Part shown: piece after piece, positions 1-9,914 of the stretch
Position numbering within the stretch: position 1 is the first letter of the stretch
How the letters are laid out: each line of letters starts with the position of its first letter
NCBI GenBank assembly: GCA_036337435.1
Contig: JAYZEG010000008.1
Coordinates: forward strand, 1-64,000
DNA length: 64,000 nt
Source of the DNA: Myxococcota bacterium
Lineage (GTDB): Bacteria; Myxococcota_A; Bradymonadia; UBA7976; UBA1532
Direction of reading: 5' to 3'
The notes under the pieces: model-generated
What the model saw: the letters and a program-made list of their open reading frames with translations, nothing else
Told to the model about the DNA's origin: nothing
The model's database searches: none
Position numbers and translations under genes: made by a program

Positions 1-35
1 TGCGCGCATCGAATACCTCGTTTCCAAAAACTGTA

Positions 36-86
36 TTTCACTTTCCCCTACCTACCGAACGGTAGTTTAGGGGCAAAACAGTGAAA
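36..86. other. Imperfect hairpin / inverted repeat in an intergenic region
   Basis: TTTCACT(36-42)/AGTGAAA(80-86), CCCCTA(45-50)/TAGGGG(68-73), CTACC(52-56)/GGTAG(61-65), loop GAAC. Confidence 0.45.
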
Positions 87-309
87 GATCGAGGGATTTT
101 TTAGATTTTTTAAAAAAGGGCGTCACAATTAGAGTGAAAGCACAATGATATTAAACCCTTGAACCCCTAATCAGCCACTTCAAAAATCACGAAAAGTGCA
201 TCGAAAAGGCCCCTTTCGTGTTATAGTGGAGGCCGATTTTATCGAACATGGTTTGTCAAAACGAGGCAGAAAAACGTTGGCTGTAAAATTGATTAAAGCC
301 CCATTCTCA

Positions 310-933
310 ATGGCCACTCTATGGTGTCGATTGCTGCCCTTTTTCATACTGCTGAACGGCTGTAACGCTGGGGATTCACCCGGCGTCAATCAAGCCCCCG
401 ACGGCCTCTTCGTACTGGTGAACCCATGGGACGGTGATGGCCAAACAAACTCTGAAACACCGCTGGTGAATGGCGGTGACTGGGTCCTGGTGCCCACTGA
501 GGTTGACCCATTTATGTCGGACACGGTTCGCGATGATGTCTGCGATGAGACAGCATACGGTCCAGAGTATGACGGCGTGGAAGTCAGAACCGGGTCTTGT
601 GGCTACATCACATTATCTCAGCCGATCAAACATCAGATTTCCCAGGGAAGCCTAATTCACATCATCGCTTGGCATTCAAGTCTATTTTCGCCCGTGGCAA
701 CGGCCGCAAAAGGAGTGATGACTATTCGATTCGGAGACAGCTTGCTGTGGAGTGTTAACAGTCCAATCCCCTCCACCGCACGGAGCTTTGATTTGATTTT
801 CGAGAGCCCTCGACGCGTTGACCGAGGTTCACCGGTCTATCTCAATATCAGTAACCACGGCAGCAATGCATGGAATGTCCTCGCACTTCGTATTCTAGAC
901 GAAAGCATGAACAGGCTCAGGGTGCCGAATTGA
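310..933 (+). CDS. Hypothetical lipoprotein
   Basis: ORF 196..933. ATG at 310 gives a signal peptide with lipobox (LLNG-C) followed by a beta-rich acidic domain. The 3' end overlaps the convergent glucosidase. Confidence 0.7.
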   Translation: MATLWCRLLPFFILLNGCNAGDSPGVNQAPDGLFVLVNPWDGDGQTNSETPLVNGGDWVLVPTEVDPFMSDTVRDDVCDETAYGPEYDGVEVRTGSCGYITLSQPIKHQISQGSLIHIIAWHSSLFSPVATAAKGVMTIRFGDSLLWSVNSPIPSTARSFDLIFESPRRVDRGSPVYLNISNHGSNAWNVLALRILDESMNRLRVPN

Positions 934-2569
934 AATCTGGAGAGCCCGACTTCAGATAGGCCCAAGCCAAAGGGGGCAATTCCAGACGTTCGTTGCTGCC
1001 GATAGATGCGCCTTGCTGACCCAAAACAATCGACCAAATAGGCCCCGGGTCCAATTGTACCGTGTGTCGAGTACGCGACAAATTAAATACGCACGTCACC
1101 ACGTCCTCTCCACTGACACGGTCAAACATGAGAATGCCGTCCTCCATCTCATAAAAGCGGACCTCTCCAGCCGCAAAACCTAACTCCGTTTTGCGAATAC
1201 GTATCAGGTCTTTGACCAAAGTGAGCACACTCGACTCGGCTGTCTCTTGCTCTGAGACCGATAAAGCGGGGTGGTCCTCCGAAATGGGAAGCCACGGCAC
1301 CCCATCCCGCGTTGTGAAACCCGCATTGGGGCCGGTGTTCCAGGGCATCGGAGTCCGGCATCCATCCCGACCTTTAAAAGTTGGCCAAAAGGTGATGCCA
1401 TAGGGATCGACAAGCTTGTCGAAAGGCACGTCTGCTTCAGTTAAACCGAGTTCATCACCTTGATAGAGACAGGGCGTGCCAGGGAGGGATAAGAGCAAGG
1501 CCATTGCCAGTTTACTCACCAAAGGGGCTTCCGACTCGTCTCGGCTGAAGCGCGTGGCCGCCCGAACAACATCATGGTTTGAAAACGACAGACAGCGCCA
1601 AAGGGGTGTCCCAGACTGAATACCGATGACACGGCGGAAATGATCCGGTGAGAAACCGTCCGATAACAAGTCAAAGGTATAACACAGTTGAAGACGACCT
1701 GGCGCCGAGTAGGCCTCCATCAGTTGGTCTGCCCAGGCCCGCTCAGCACCCACTTCTCCCAGAGCCATGCTGCCTGGATACTCCGCTAACAAGTTGCCCA
1801 AGCGATCCAAAAAATTCAGAACCTCCGGCTGATTTTTATCGTACAAATGCTCTTGAAAACCATATGGATTTGACTCTGAAACGACCTGAGTTCTGCCCCG
1901 TCCGGAGGGGGGGTTATCTTTCAACGCCACGTTGTGAAAGTAGAAATTCACCGTATCCAAACGGAATCCATCAACCCCAAGCTCAAGCCACCAGCGGGCG
2001 ACATCCAACGCTTCTTGCTGCACGACGGGATTATGAAAATTAAGATCGGGCTGAGAGCTCAGGAAGTTGTGTAGGTAATATTGACGCCGTCGCGGTTCCC
2101 AGGTCCACGCGGGTCCGCCGAAGATGGACAGCCAGTTATTCGGCGGTCCACCGTCGGGCCTAGCATCAGCCCAAACGAAACAGTCGCTGTACCGACTGTC
2201 GGTGCTGAGGCGCGCGTCTCGGAACCATTCGTGTGTCTCGGACGCGTGACTCAACACCAAATCGATCATGACCCGAATGCCGCGTCTGTGGGCCGCGTCT
2301 AACAGCCTCTTGAAATCATTGAGATCGCCAAAAATAGGGTCGACGGCGCGATGGTCTTCTACATCGTAACCAAAGTCACGCATGGGTGACTTGAAGAAGG
2401 GGCTGATCCAGATCGCGTCCACACCAAGGTCGCTCAAATACCCGAGCCGCTGTTCAATCCCCTTAAGATCACCGATGCCATCACCGTTACTGTCTTGAAA
2501 TGAGCGTGGGTAAACCTGATACAAAACGGCTTTTCGCCACCAATCGGGTGCGCCTTGATTGAGTGCCAT
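917..2569 (-). CDS. Alpha-glucosidase, GH13 family
   Basis: YQVYPRSFQDSNGDGIGDL, DLVLSH, GFRLDTVN (nucleophile Asp), GEV (acid/base), SNHD, RDGCRTPMPW. Confidence 0.95.
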   Translation of the reverse strand: MALNQGAPDWWRKAVLYQVYPRSFQDSNGDGIGDLKGIEQRLGYLSDLGVDAIWISPFFKSPMRDFGYDVEDHRAVDPIFGDLNDFKRLLDAAHRRGIRVMIDLVLSHASETHEWFRDARLSTDSRYSDCFVWADARPDGGPPNNWLSIFGGPAWTWEPRRRQYYLHNFLSSQPDLNFHNPVVQQEALDVARWWLELGVDGFRLDTVNFYFHNVALKDNPPSGRGRTQVVSESNPYGFQEHLYDKNQPEVLNFLDRLGNLLAEYPGSMALGEVGAERAWADQLMEAYSAPGRLQLCYTFDLLSDGFSPDHFRRVIGIQSGTPLWRCLSFSNHDVVRAATRFSRDESEAPLVSKLAMALLLSLPGTPCLYQGDELGLTEADVPFDKLVDPYGITFWPTFKGRDGCRTPMPWNTGPNAGFTTRDGVPWLPISEDHPALSVSEQETAESSVLTLVKDLIRIRKTELGFAAGEVRFYEMEDGILMFDRVSGEDVVTCVFNLSRTRHTVQLDPGPIWSIVLGQQGASIGSNERLELPPLAWAYLKSGSPDFNSAP

Positions 2570-2856
2570 CGGTGTTTCTCTCCATCGAACAGAACCATGA
2601 CAAATAAACAGGCAGGGTTAATTGAATATGCATGCCATGTCAACTTGTAAAAGAGCCTGAATTTGAGCTGGTTGCACTCAGGCGTTGATGGACAATCAAT
2701 GGGCTGTCGAGTCCCTCATTTTCAAACTGATTTCAATTCAAATTCCGCCGCGAAGAGGTTCTCACTACGAGAAGCAAGTGAGTCGTGCTAATCTCCCGCA
2801 CAGAGGGAGTGAACTTTGAGGGGGAATAAGGCCGCCTGGCGCGGTTTCGACGGCTT

Positions 2857-4455
2857 ATGATCGCAACAACACAAACACATCAACTCAATCTGAGCACAAT
2901 CGATCTCTCGATCATTGTCATCTACTTCTTCATCGTCCTGGGTATCGGACTCTGGATAGGGCGTAACACCAAAGGCGGTGAAGACCTGTTTCTCGCTGGC
3001 CGAAGCCTTGGCTGGGTCGCCATCGGTTTCTCACTTTTCGCCTCGAATATCTCGAGTACAACCTTGATCGGTTTGGTGGGGAGTGCGTACGAGACCGGGC
3101 TGGCCGTGTCCAACTACGAGTGGATGGCGACAGTCGTGCTTGTCTTCTTCGTCTTCTTCTTTGTTCCCATTTTTTTAAAGAGTGGAATTTCAACAATTCC
3201 CGAATGGCTCGAACGTCGCTATAGTCGCGGCAGCCGTCTCTACTTTTCCGGCACGACAATTATCGCCAATGTACTTGTTGACACAGCCGGAAGTCTGTAT
3301 GCGGGTGCGGTTGTCCTTCAGGCTTTTTTCCCTGGCCTTGAGCTCTGGTACACATGCTTAGGTTTAGCCATTGTCGCCGGTGTTTATACGGCCGCGGGCG
3401 GACTCGCCGCGGTGGTTTATACCGATGTGATTCAGGCTGTCGTTCTGCTACTAGGCTCATGCTTGATCACGTATTTTGTGTTTGCCCATCCCAGCATTGA
3501 CTTTTCTTGGACCGCTTTGACGAGCCAGCTAGACGAGGGTCTTTTTTCGGTATTAAATCCAACACATCATCCGATATCCGACCCGAACCTACCCTGGCTG
3601 GGTACACTCGTAGGCGTCCCCATTCTTGGTTTTTATTTCTGGGTCACGAATCAGTACATCGTCCAGCGGGTTCTGGGTGCTAAGTCTGTCGATCATGCCC
3701 GCTGGGGTGCGTTACTCGGGGGTCTACTGAAACTGCCCGTCTTGTTCATCATGGTACTCCCCGGCCTCGCGGCCAAACTCATCTTTCCGGATGTTCCGGT
3801 GGGAGACGCCGTTTTTCCAACACTGGTCACTCAGTTGCTACCAGTGGGAGTCATTGGATTAGTCATGGCCGGCCTGATCGCGGCCATTATGAGCAGCATT
3901 GATTCAACCTTAAACAGTGCGTCTGCGTTGGTCACCTTGGACTTCGTAAAGCCTCGAAATCCAGGCATGTCTGAAGCAGAGGTCGCCAAGGTTGGGCGAA
4001 TCACGATGGCCATCATCATGGTTTTTGCGGCGTTCTGGGCACCCCAAATCGCTCATTTTGGTGGTCTGTTCAAATACCTTCAAGAAATGCTGGCTTTTAT
4101 GGTTCCACCGGTCACCGTCCTGTTTCTCTTCGGTGCTTTCAAAAAGGGCGGAACAGGAAAGAGTGCACTGGCAACGCTCATCGGAGGCCATACTGTGTCG
4201 GTGCTCTTGTTTCTAGGCATGCAAACGGATGCATTACCCAAGATTCATTTTACATTGGTTGCGGGGATAGTTTTTGCTGTCTCTGCTGTTATCTATGCGA
4301 TTACTCAGGGCTGGGGTACTGGTCGGTCCGATAGTGAAATCGCAGACCTCATGGTCCAGGATTCATCCCCCCCGCAGCCGGGGTTGAAGAACTACAAACT
4401 GCAATCTGCCGTTCTCCTCGTGTTGACCGCCGCTCTCGTCATCGGTTTCTACTAA
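2857..4455 (+). CDS. Sodium:solute symporter (SSS, SGLT/SMIT-like sugar transporter)
   Basis: Many TM helices; FLAGRSL, SLFASNISS, GGLAAVVYTD, NQYIVQRVLGAK, AAIMSSIDSTLNS motifs. Confidence 0.95.
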   Translation: MIATTQTHQLNLSTIDLSIIVIYFFIVLGIGLWIGRNTKGGEDLFLAGRSLGWVAIGFSLFASNISSTTLIGLVGSAYETGLAVSNYEWMATVVLVFFVFFFVPIFLKSGISTIPEWLERRYSRGSRLYFSGTTIIANVLVDTAGSLYAGAVVLQAFFPGLELWYTCLGLAIVAGVYTAAGGLAAVVYTDVIQAVVLLLGSCLITYFVFAHPSIDFSWTALTSQLDEGLFSVLNPTHHPISDPNLPWLGTLVGVPILGFYFWVTNQYIVQRVLGAKSVDHARWGALLGGLLKLPVLFIMVLPGLAAKLIFPDVPVGDAVFPTLVTQLLPVGVIGLVMAGLIAAIMSSIDSTLNSASALVTLDFVKPRNPGMSEAEVAKVGRITMAIIMVFAAFWAPQIAHFGGLFKYLQEMLAFMVPPVTVLFLFGAFKKGGTGKSALATLIGGHTVSVLLFLGMQTDALPKIHFTLVAGIVFAVSAVIYAITQGWGTGRSDSEIADLMVQDSSPPQPGLKNYKLQSAVLLVLTAALVIGFY

Positions 4456-4549
4456 ACATGTGACTCCGGTACCCCCAGCTGCCTGTCTTGAAATAAGACA
4501 TTCAGCGTCCTAAGGTAAAACTTGCGCACCGACCGGGCCCCCGACTATT

Positions 4550-5431
4550 GTGAACCTTATGACGACGCCTAAAAGACTCCTTAAAACCTGGATTGAGCGT
4601 CAAGTCGACTGCACATGGCTTGATGAACAAATAATATCTCTAAGACAGTCATCGTCGGTCCGACAAACCTTGTTTCGAGCGGTCGGCCTGGTTCCACGCA
4701 AACTGGGTAAGGCGGACCTCAAACTGACTGACACAGATTTCACAAACGCAGCGACCAGCTCGGCGGGCTGGGACCCAACCGGATATAGTATCGACATGGC
4801 GGCAAGATTGGTCTTGCTGCTCGAAGCGTCACAACACCGTGAGCTCTTCGAGACAACGTTCGACATGCTTTGGCGAACTGCGGATGTCGGTGAACAGGTT
4901 GCCTTCTACCGGGGGCTGCCTCTCTATCCAAACGCCAGCCATTACCTGTGGCGTGCCACAGATGGATGCCGCACAAATATTAAAGCCGTCTTCGAGGCCA
5001 TTGCCCATCGCAACCCCTATCCAGCAAAGCATTTTGACGAGGTTGCTTTTAACCAATTGTGTCTGAAAGCACTTTTCGTCGGATCTAATCTCTACCTGGT
5101 TCAAGGGCTAGACTCGCGTCTAAATGCCGCCCTCTCAAGAATGATGACGGACTATGCGTTCGAACGCTGGGCCGCGAGTCGAGCCATTTACCCAGAGCTC
5201 TGGCGGTCCGTTGCCTCTCACCCGGATGAGCGTTGCATCAGCGCGCTCAATCGAGCACTTGCGTCAGAGGATCGAATCACGGCGACAGCTGCCGCGCTTG
5301 CTTGTTCAACAAGTCAAGACACGGCCGCTCAACACTGTCTCGCCGCCAGTCCAAGTCGTGTGCAGGCACTGCTGGATGACAAACCAAATTGGGAGGATCT
5401 TGCGCATCAATTCCTTGCGTCGCAAAGCTAG
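4550..5431 (+). CDS. eboA: EboA domain protein
   Basis: NPYPAKHFDEVAFNQLCLKALF...GLDSRLN...DYAFERWAASR signature; adjacent to a TatD/EboB gene. Start GTG 4550 or ATG 4559. Confidence 0.85.
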   Translation: MNLMTTPKRLLKTWIERQVDCTWLDEQIISLRQSSSVRQTLFRAVGLVPRKLGKADLKLTDTDFTNAATSSAGWDPTGYSIDMAARLVLLLEASQHRELFETTFDMLWRTADVGEQVAFYRGLPLYPNASHYLWRATDGCRTNIKAVFEAIAHRNPYPAKHFDEVAFNQLCLKALFVGSNLYLVQGLDSRLNAALSRMMTDYAFERWAASRAIYPELWRSVASHPDERCISALNRALASEDRITATAAALACSTSQDTAAQHCLAASPSRVQALLDDKPNWEDLAHQFLASQS

Positions 5432-5533
5432 AGTGACCCTTTGAGGCAGTGCAACTCAAGTCGCTTTTTACGCGAAATCCTTCAACTTATATGCAATTGT
5501 TAGAAAAATAAAGCCACGGAGAGCTCGCATCTA

Positions 5534-6469
5534 ATGTTCATCGATCCACATATTCACATGCAGGCACGAACGACCGATGATTATGAAAACATGGCCGCTG
5601 CCGGTATTGTCGCGGTCATCGAACCAGCCTTTTGGCTTGGCCAGCCTCGAACAAGCGTCGAGACGTATATCGACTATCTATCATCGCTGGTCGGTTGGGA
5701 GCGTTTCCGTGCAAGTCAGTTTGGAATTCGCCACTACTGCACTATTGGACTCAATAGCAAAGAAGCCAACAATGAACCGCTTGCTGAAGCTGTGATGGAG
5801 ATCCTGCCTAGATTTGCAGTTAAAGAAGGCGTGGTTGCGATCGGCGAGATAGGCTATGACGAACAAACTGAACTAGAAGATAAGTATTTTCGTGCACAAC
5901 TTGAACTGGCGCGTGAGCTTGACATGCTCGTCATGATCCACACACCCCATCGGGACAAGACGCGTGGGACGAGTCGATCCATGGATGTTTGCATTGAACA
6001 CGGTCTCGATCCGGCGAAAGTCATCGTCGATCATAACAATGAAGAGACCATCCGTGAGACTCTGGACCGGGGGTTCTGGGCTGCTTTCACTCTATATCCG
6101 AAAACAAAGATGGGCTCAGAACGGATGGTTGATGTGGTTCGTAACTTCGGGTCGCAGCGCATCTTCATCGACTCCAGTGCCGATTGGGGCGTCAGCGATC
6201 CGCTGGCCGTTCCCAAGACAGCACGCTTGATGCTAGCACGAGGGATTGCACCTGAGACCGTGCACGAAGTGTGTTACTCGAATGCGCTGGCATGCTACCA
6301 ACAGAGCGGACAAATATCTGAATCTGATTGGCTCGAGCCGGCAGCCATCGACCAACGTCTTCTCTTCGAGGGCAACTCGGTGCTCAGAGGCCAGGTTCCG
6401 CAGGTTGGTGGCGAGGGTCGTGATGATGTTGTCGCAAGCCAGTCCATCGACAGCCTTCTCATCGACTGA
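5534..6469 (+). CDS. eboB: TatD-family metallohydrolase, EboB type
   Basis: DPHIH, EPAFWLGQPRT, GWERFRASQFGI, GEIGYD, IHTPHRDK, DHNNEET, DSSADWG. Confidence 0.9.
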   Translation: MFIDPHIHMQARTTDDYENMAAAGIVAVIEPAFWLGQPRTSVETYIDYLSSLVGWERFRASQFGIRHYCTIGLNSKEANNEPLAEAVMEILPRFAVKEGVVAIGEIGYDEQTELEDKYFRAQLELARELDMLVMIHTPHRDKTRGTSRSMDVCIEHGLDPAKVIVDHNNEETIRETLDRGFWAAFTLYPKTKMGSERMVDVVRNFGSQRIFIDSSADWGVSDPLAVPKTARLMLARGIAPETVHEVCYSNALACYQQSGQISESDWLEPAAIDQRLLFEGNSVLRGQVPQVGGEGRDDVVASQSIDSLLID

Positions 6470-6498
6470 TCAACGACAAGCGGGCTCTTGCCCCCTCC

Positions 6499-8241
6499 CT
6501 AGCGTTCAGGTCGCTCTGCAGCCAACAGTAGGGCCACCAAGCACATCTCATCGAGGGTTTCATCGCCGAGCACGACATCGGTCGGCGCACTCATTCCGAG
6601 TCGTGCTAAGGCCGACTGAATAAGCGGATTCGACATCGAATTGTTATACGTACAATCGATGCTCATAACCGAACCTGGCGTGACCACGGGAAGCTGTTCA
6701 AACGGAGCATCATACTGATAGAAACGCTGCCATTCAAAACTGTATTTCGGTGCGTTAATGAGGCATTCCTGTGGGGGTTGTTCGCCTTCGTATTCCGGGA
6801 CCACGTCGGTTTCACATGCCTGAATTTTAGCAAAAAAGTCTTGCTGGCTTTCCGGACCGACAGTCGCCGTTTGAAAGCATCCCCAACAGCTGACGGACAT
6901 CGCGTCATACTGGGTCTGGCACCGGTTTTGTGAACACTCGAGCGCATCGTCCGCCTCGAGGCAGCCCTCTGCGACAGCGCACCCAAAAAGACCTGTCACC
7001 ATGCCTGGTTCACACGCAGTTGTCCCCGCCGCTGGCCGCTCCAGGCGGACTTCCATTTCAACCCCAGCATAATGCATGTGAGGCGCAATCCCCAGCAATC
7101 GCATGTCACCCAGACCCTCGTTTGCACTACGCCGACCGGGCAATCGACCATCGTATGTCCAGCGCATGCTCTCTTTGTGTCGCGCCTGACCTGCCGGAAC
7201 AAAAAAATTAGGTGTGGGACCTTCATTATCGCCCCCAACCAGACCGAACGCAGGGTGCAACATGAAGTCAAAATTGCCAATGAGTTGAAGAAAGACTTCA
7301 TACCTCGGCGGGGTCGCTGCGTATTGAAAACGTAATTTGGTTTGGTCTAAAAGCGTCTCAGCCCCGCCTTGGGGGGAATAATGCATTTGCATAACGAACA
7401 AGGTGCCCGGCGTCACGCGCATCGCCATATCCTCTGGAAATTTCCGTGCAGAAATGCCCGGTGCCCAAGCTGCGGCAACGCCGCCGGGCACACCGGCACT
7501 CCCGAAGCAGGAATAAGTCCCATCCTCATTCATCAACTCTAAGCTTGCCTGCGTCGGATCGGTAAACAGAACAACATGATGAACGAGAGATTTGTTATCG
7601 GGCACAAATTCAATACCACTCAACCAAGTCTCTTCTGTAAGCCCTGGATCGATCACAATACACACGAACGAATCCCCATCGTCCTGCACACTGATGGGGG
7701 CCATCGCCTGACCCTCAAAATCCCACTGTTCCAATCGGTCAGGCTCCCGAACATCAGGGTCTGGAAACGCGCCAGCATCACCTTCTGGTTGTCCATTGTC
7801 TGCCCAAGTCCCAAGGGTCCTAATCTCGGCATCGGTCAAACGAAGGTCACCTTGTAAAGGGAACCGGGGTGCGCAGTCATCGCTTTCAAAAGCACCCCAT
7901 GGGGGCATGGTCCGTGCAGCTGCCGCACTGTAGATGGCGGCAGCCCATGTTTTGGCCCCCGCGTACGTGCTAACATCAAAGCCCCCTGGCCCGCCCTGTC
8001 GATGGCAACCCACACAATTGTCGGCTAGAATTTGTTTAATATGCCCGTGATACGTTGGATTATCCACCGGCGTGACATCGCCATTTCCTTGGTCACCGTT
8101 GAGCGTGGCCGAGTCGACCGTGACACCCGCGTCAGAATTGGTCGGCGCAAGCGAATTTGATGACCCGCTACACGCGACCGACAGTAGGGCCGTTAAAAAA
8201 ATAGGTGTTCGAAGATACACGTCTATGCCTCTGTGTTTCAT
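6499..8241 (-). CDS. Lipoprotein with c-type cytochrome and copper type II (PHM/DBH-like) monooxygenase domains
   Basis: Lipobox SVA-C; heme motif CVGCH plus MPPW; Cu-ligand motifs VHH, QMHY, PHMH and DEMC. Confidence 0.85.
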   Translation of the reverse strand: MKHRGIDVYLRTPIFLTALLSVACSGSSNSLAPTNSDAGVTVDSATLNGDQGNGDVTPVDNPTYHGHIKQILADNCVGCHRQGGPGGFDVSTYAGAKTWAAAIYSAAAARTMPPWGAFESDDCAPRFPLQGDLRLTDAEIRTLGTWADNGQPEGDAGAFPDPDVREPDRLEQWDFEGQAMAPISVQDDGDSFVCIVIDPGLTEETWLSGIEFVPDNKSLVHHVVLFTDPTQASLELMNEDGTYSCFGSAGVPGGVAAAWAPGISARKFPEDMAMRVTPGTLFVMQMHYSPQGGAETLLDQTKLRFQYAATPPRYEVFLQLIGNFDFMLHPAFGLVGGDNEGPTPNFFVPAGQARHKESMRWTYDGRLPGRRSANEGLGDMRLLGIAPHMHYAGVEMEVRLERPAAGTTACEPGMVTGLFGCAVAEGCLEADDALECSQNRCQTQYDAMSVSCWGCFQTATVGPESQQDFFAKIQACETDVVPEYEGEQPPQECLINAPKYSFEWQRFYQYDAPFEQLPVVTPGSVMSIDCTYNNSMSNPLIQSALARLGMSAPTDVVLGDETLDEMCLVALLLAAERPER

Positions 8242-8399
8242 CCCGGTAACGGCGACTATAATCGAAACATCCGGTTTTTGTATAGCCGTTGCCGACGACC
8301 AGTCTGCGCGCCGAATAATTTAGACAAGACATTCCCAATTTAAGTGCTCATAATCACGATAGAGGGAGCCACGTAATTAAATGATCGAGACCAAACGGT

Positions 8400-9182
8400 A
8401 TGGGTGAGCCAGCGAACGACGGGTCCTATGATGCATACATGGAACGCATCGAACGAGTGTGCGACCCAAACCAGCGTCGTGTTGATGCGACACGTGCAGA
8501 ACCGTCCCCAAAATACATAGCCGGTCAAGCGCAGACATTCCCTGGGATTACACTGCTGACACCGCCTGACTTGGCATGCTCATCGCGAACCCATTGCTAT
8601 GGACATTTAGCGAACTGCCAGACTCGAATTTGTCGGCGATTCCCGCAGCATCTGATTCCCACAAATTCGGCGTCCTTTCACATCACCGGGGCCGATCTTT
8701 TTGCTGGGCCGAAGTATAGCGACATAAAATCCAGCAGACCTCAACTGGACCACTCTATCGCAGGCATTTTGAATGGCCTGAAATGGGAGGCGGGCGCAAG
8801 CGCGATGGGAGAGCAAACCTGGCATTTCCATGGTCTTGCTGTGTTTAAACATGCATTGGTCGCGCTATTCACACCAGCCAACCGTAAACTATACGAGGAC
8901 TTATGCTCACTGAGGCGACTCATCTACGGCTCTCCCGAGCTCACAACCCTTGGTTTGCGGCGCCCTTTACCCCTTATGGTACACCTCACCCTTGCTTACT
9001 TTAGGTCACCGATAAATGGAGCCGACCTGGAGCCATTCTGTGCTCAACTCGACGATGAGTCGAACCTTTTAATGGCTGCGTCCATCGAGCATCCGATCCC
9101 CACTCTAGCCCTTACACGATTTGAAAAGATGGGAGAATTCTTCCAATCCGATGCGCACGCTCAGTTTCAGCTTGTGCCCTAG
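8400..9182 (+). CDS. 2H-phosphoesterase superfamily protein (DUF1868-like)
   Basis: Two HxT motifs (FHIT, VHLTLAY); N-terminal FPGIT motif. Confidence 0.7.
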   Translation: MGEPANDGSYDAYMERIERVCDPNQRRVDATRAEPSPKYIAGQAQTFPGITLLTPPDLACSSRTHCYGHLANCQTRICRRFPQHLIPTNSASFHITGADLFAGPKYSDIKSSRPQLDHSIAGILNGLKWEAGASAMGEQTWHFHGLAVFKHALVALFTPANRKLYEDLCSLRRLIYGSPELTTLGLRRPLPLMVHLTLAYFRSPINGADLEPFCAQLDDESNLLMAASIEHPIPTLALTRFEKMGEFFQSDAHAQFQLVP

Positions 9183-9328
9183 GCCGCCCTCAGGCGAAAC
9201 AGGGCTCGGAGCGGCTGGGCTCTTGCCCTTTCATTCCGTAGATTTTGGTGCGAAACTGAAACCCGATCAAGGCGGCCTGACTCTGCATTTCGGCCACTCG
9301 ACGCCGCTATTGTTTAAGGAGGAGACAC

Positions 9329-9835
9329 ATGGCTCAGGTTTTATTTGGCGGGCAATTCGTTCAAACATCAGGTGACTTACCCCCATTGGGTCGCCCGGCA
9401 CCTGACGCTGTTCTTGTCAATGGGGCCTTACAATCATCTCGACTCCACGACTATGATGGCGTAAGGGTGCTCAACATCTTCCCAAGTGTTGCCACACCCG
9501 TCTGCCAAGCATCAGTACGACGCTTCCACGAAAGCATATCAGGGCTAGATGGTGTCGTCGTTCTCAACATCTCAAAGGACCTGCCATTTGCGCAAAGTGC
9601 GTTCTGCGCAGCTCAAGGCCTTGACAATGTCGAGATGATGTCAACTTTTCGCGGCACGTTTGGCCGCGATTTTGGCGTTGAATTCCTCGAATCCCCCTTC
9701 GAAGGGCTGTTGAGTCGGTCTTTCTTGGTATTAGACGGCGAGGGCACCGTCATCTACGCACAGCAAGCGAAAAGCACGGACGAAGAACCGGATTATGAAC
9801 CTGTAATCGAGGCGGTTCGAAATGCTCTAAAATGA
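9329..9835 (+). CDS. tpx: Thiol peroxidase (atypical 2-Cys peroxiredoxin)
   Basis: LNIFPSVATPVC, ISKDLPFAQ..FC, EPDYE; strong SD AAGGAGG. Confidence 0.93.
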   Translation: MAQVLFGGQFVQTSGDLPPLGRPAPDAVLVNGALQSSRLHDYDGVRVLNIFPSVATPVCQASVRRFHESISGLDGVVVLNISKDLPFAQSAFCAAQGLDNVEMMSTFRGTFGRDFGVEFLESPFEGLLSRSFLVLDGEGTVIYAQQAKSTDEEPDYEPVIEAVRNALK

Positions 9836-9914
9836 CCTGAGCAAGGCAAAACAGTTGCCGGCCAGGGTCACGGCGGCTGCACAGCGCCCAGCACAACGTG
9901 GTCGCAACGGGAGC

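Noticed and set aside
6482..9228. GGGCTCTTGCCC mini-hairpin present in two intergenic regions (6482-6493 and 9217-9228)
   Set aside because: Only two copies of a 12-mer with a 4-bp stem; not enough to call a REP element.
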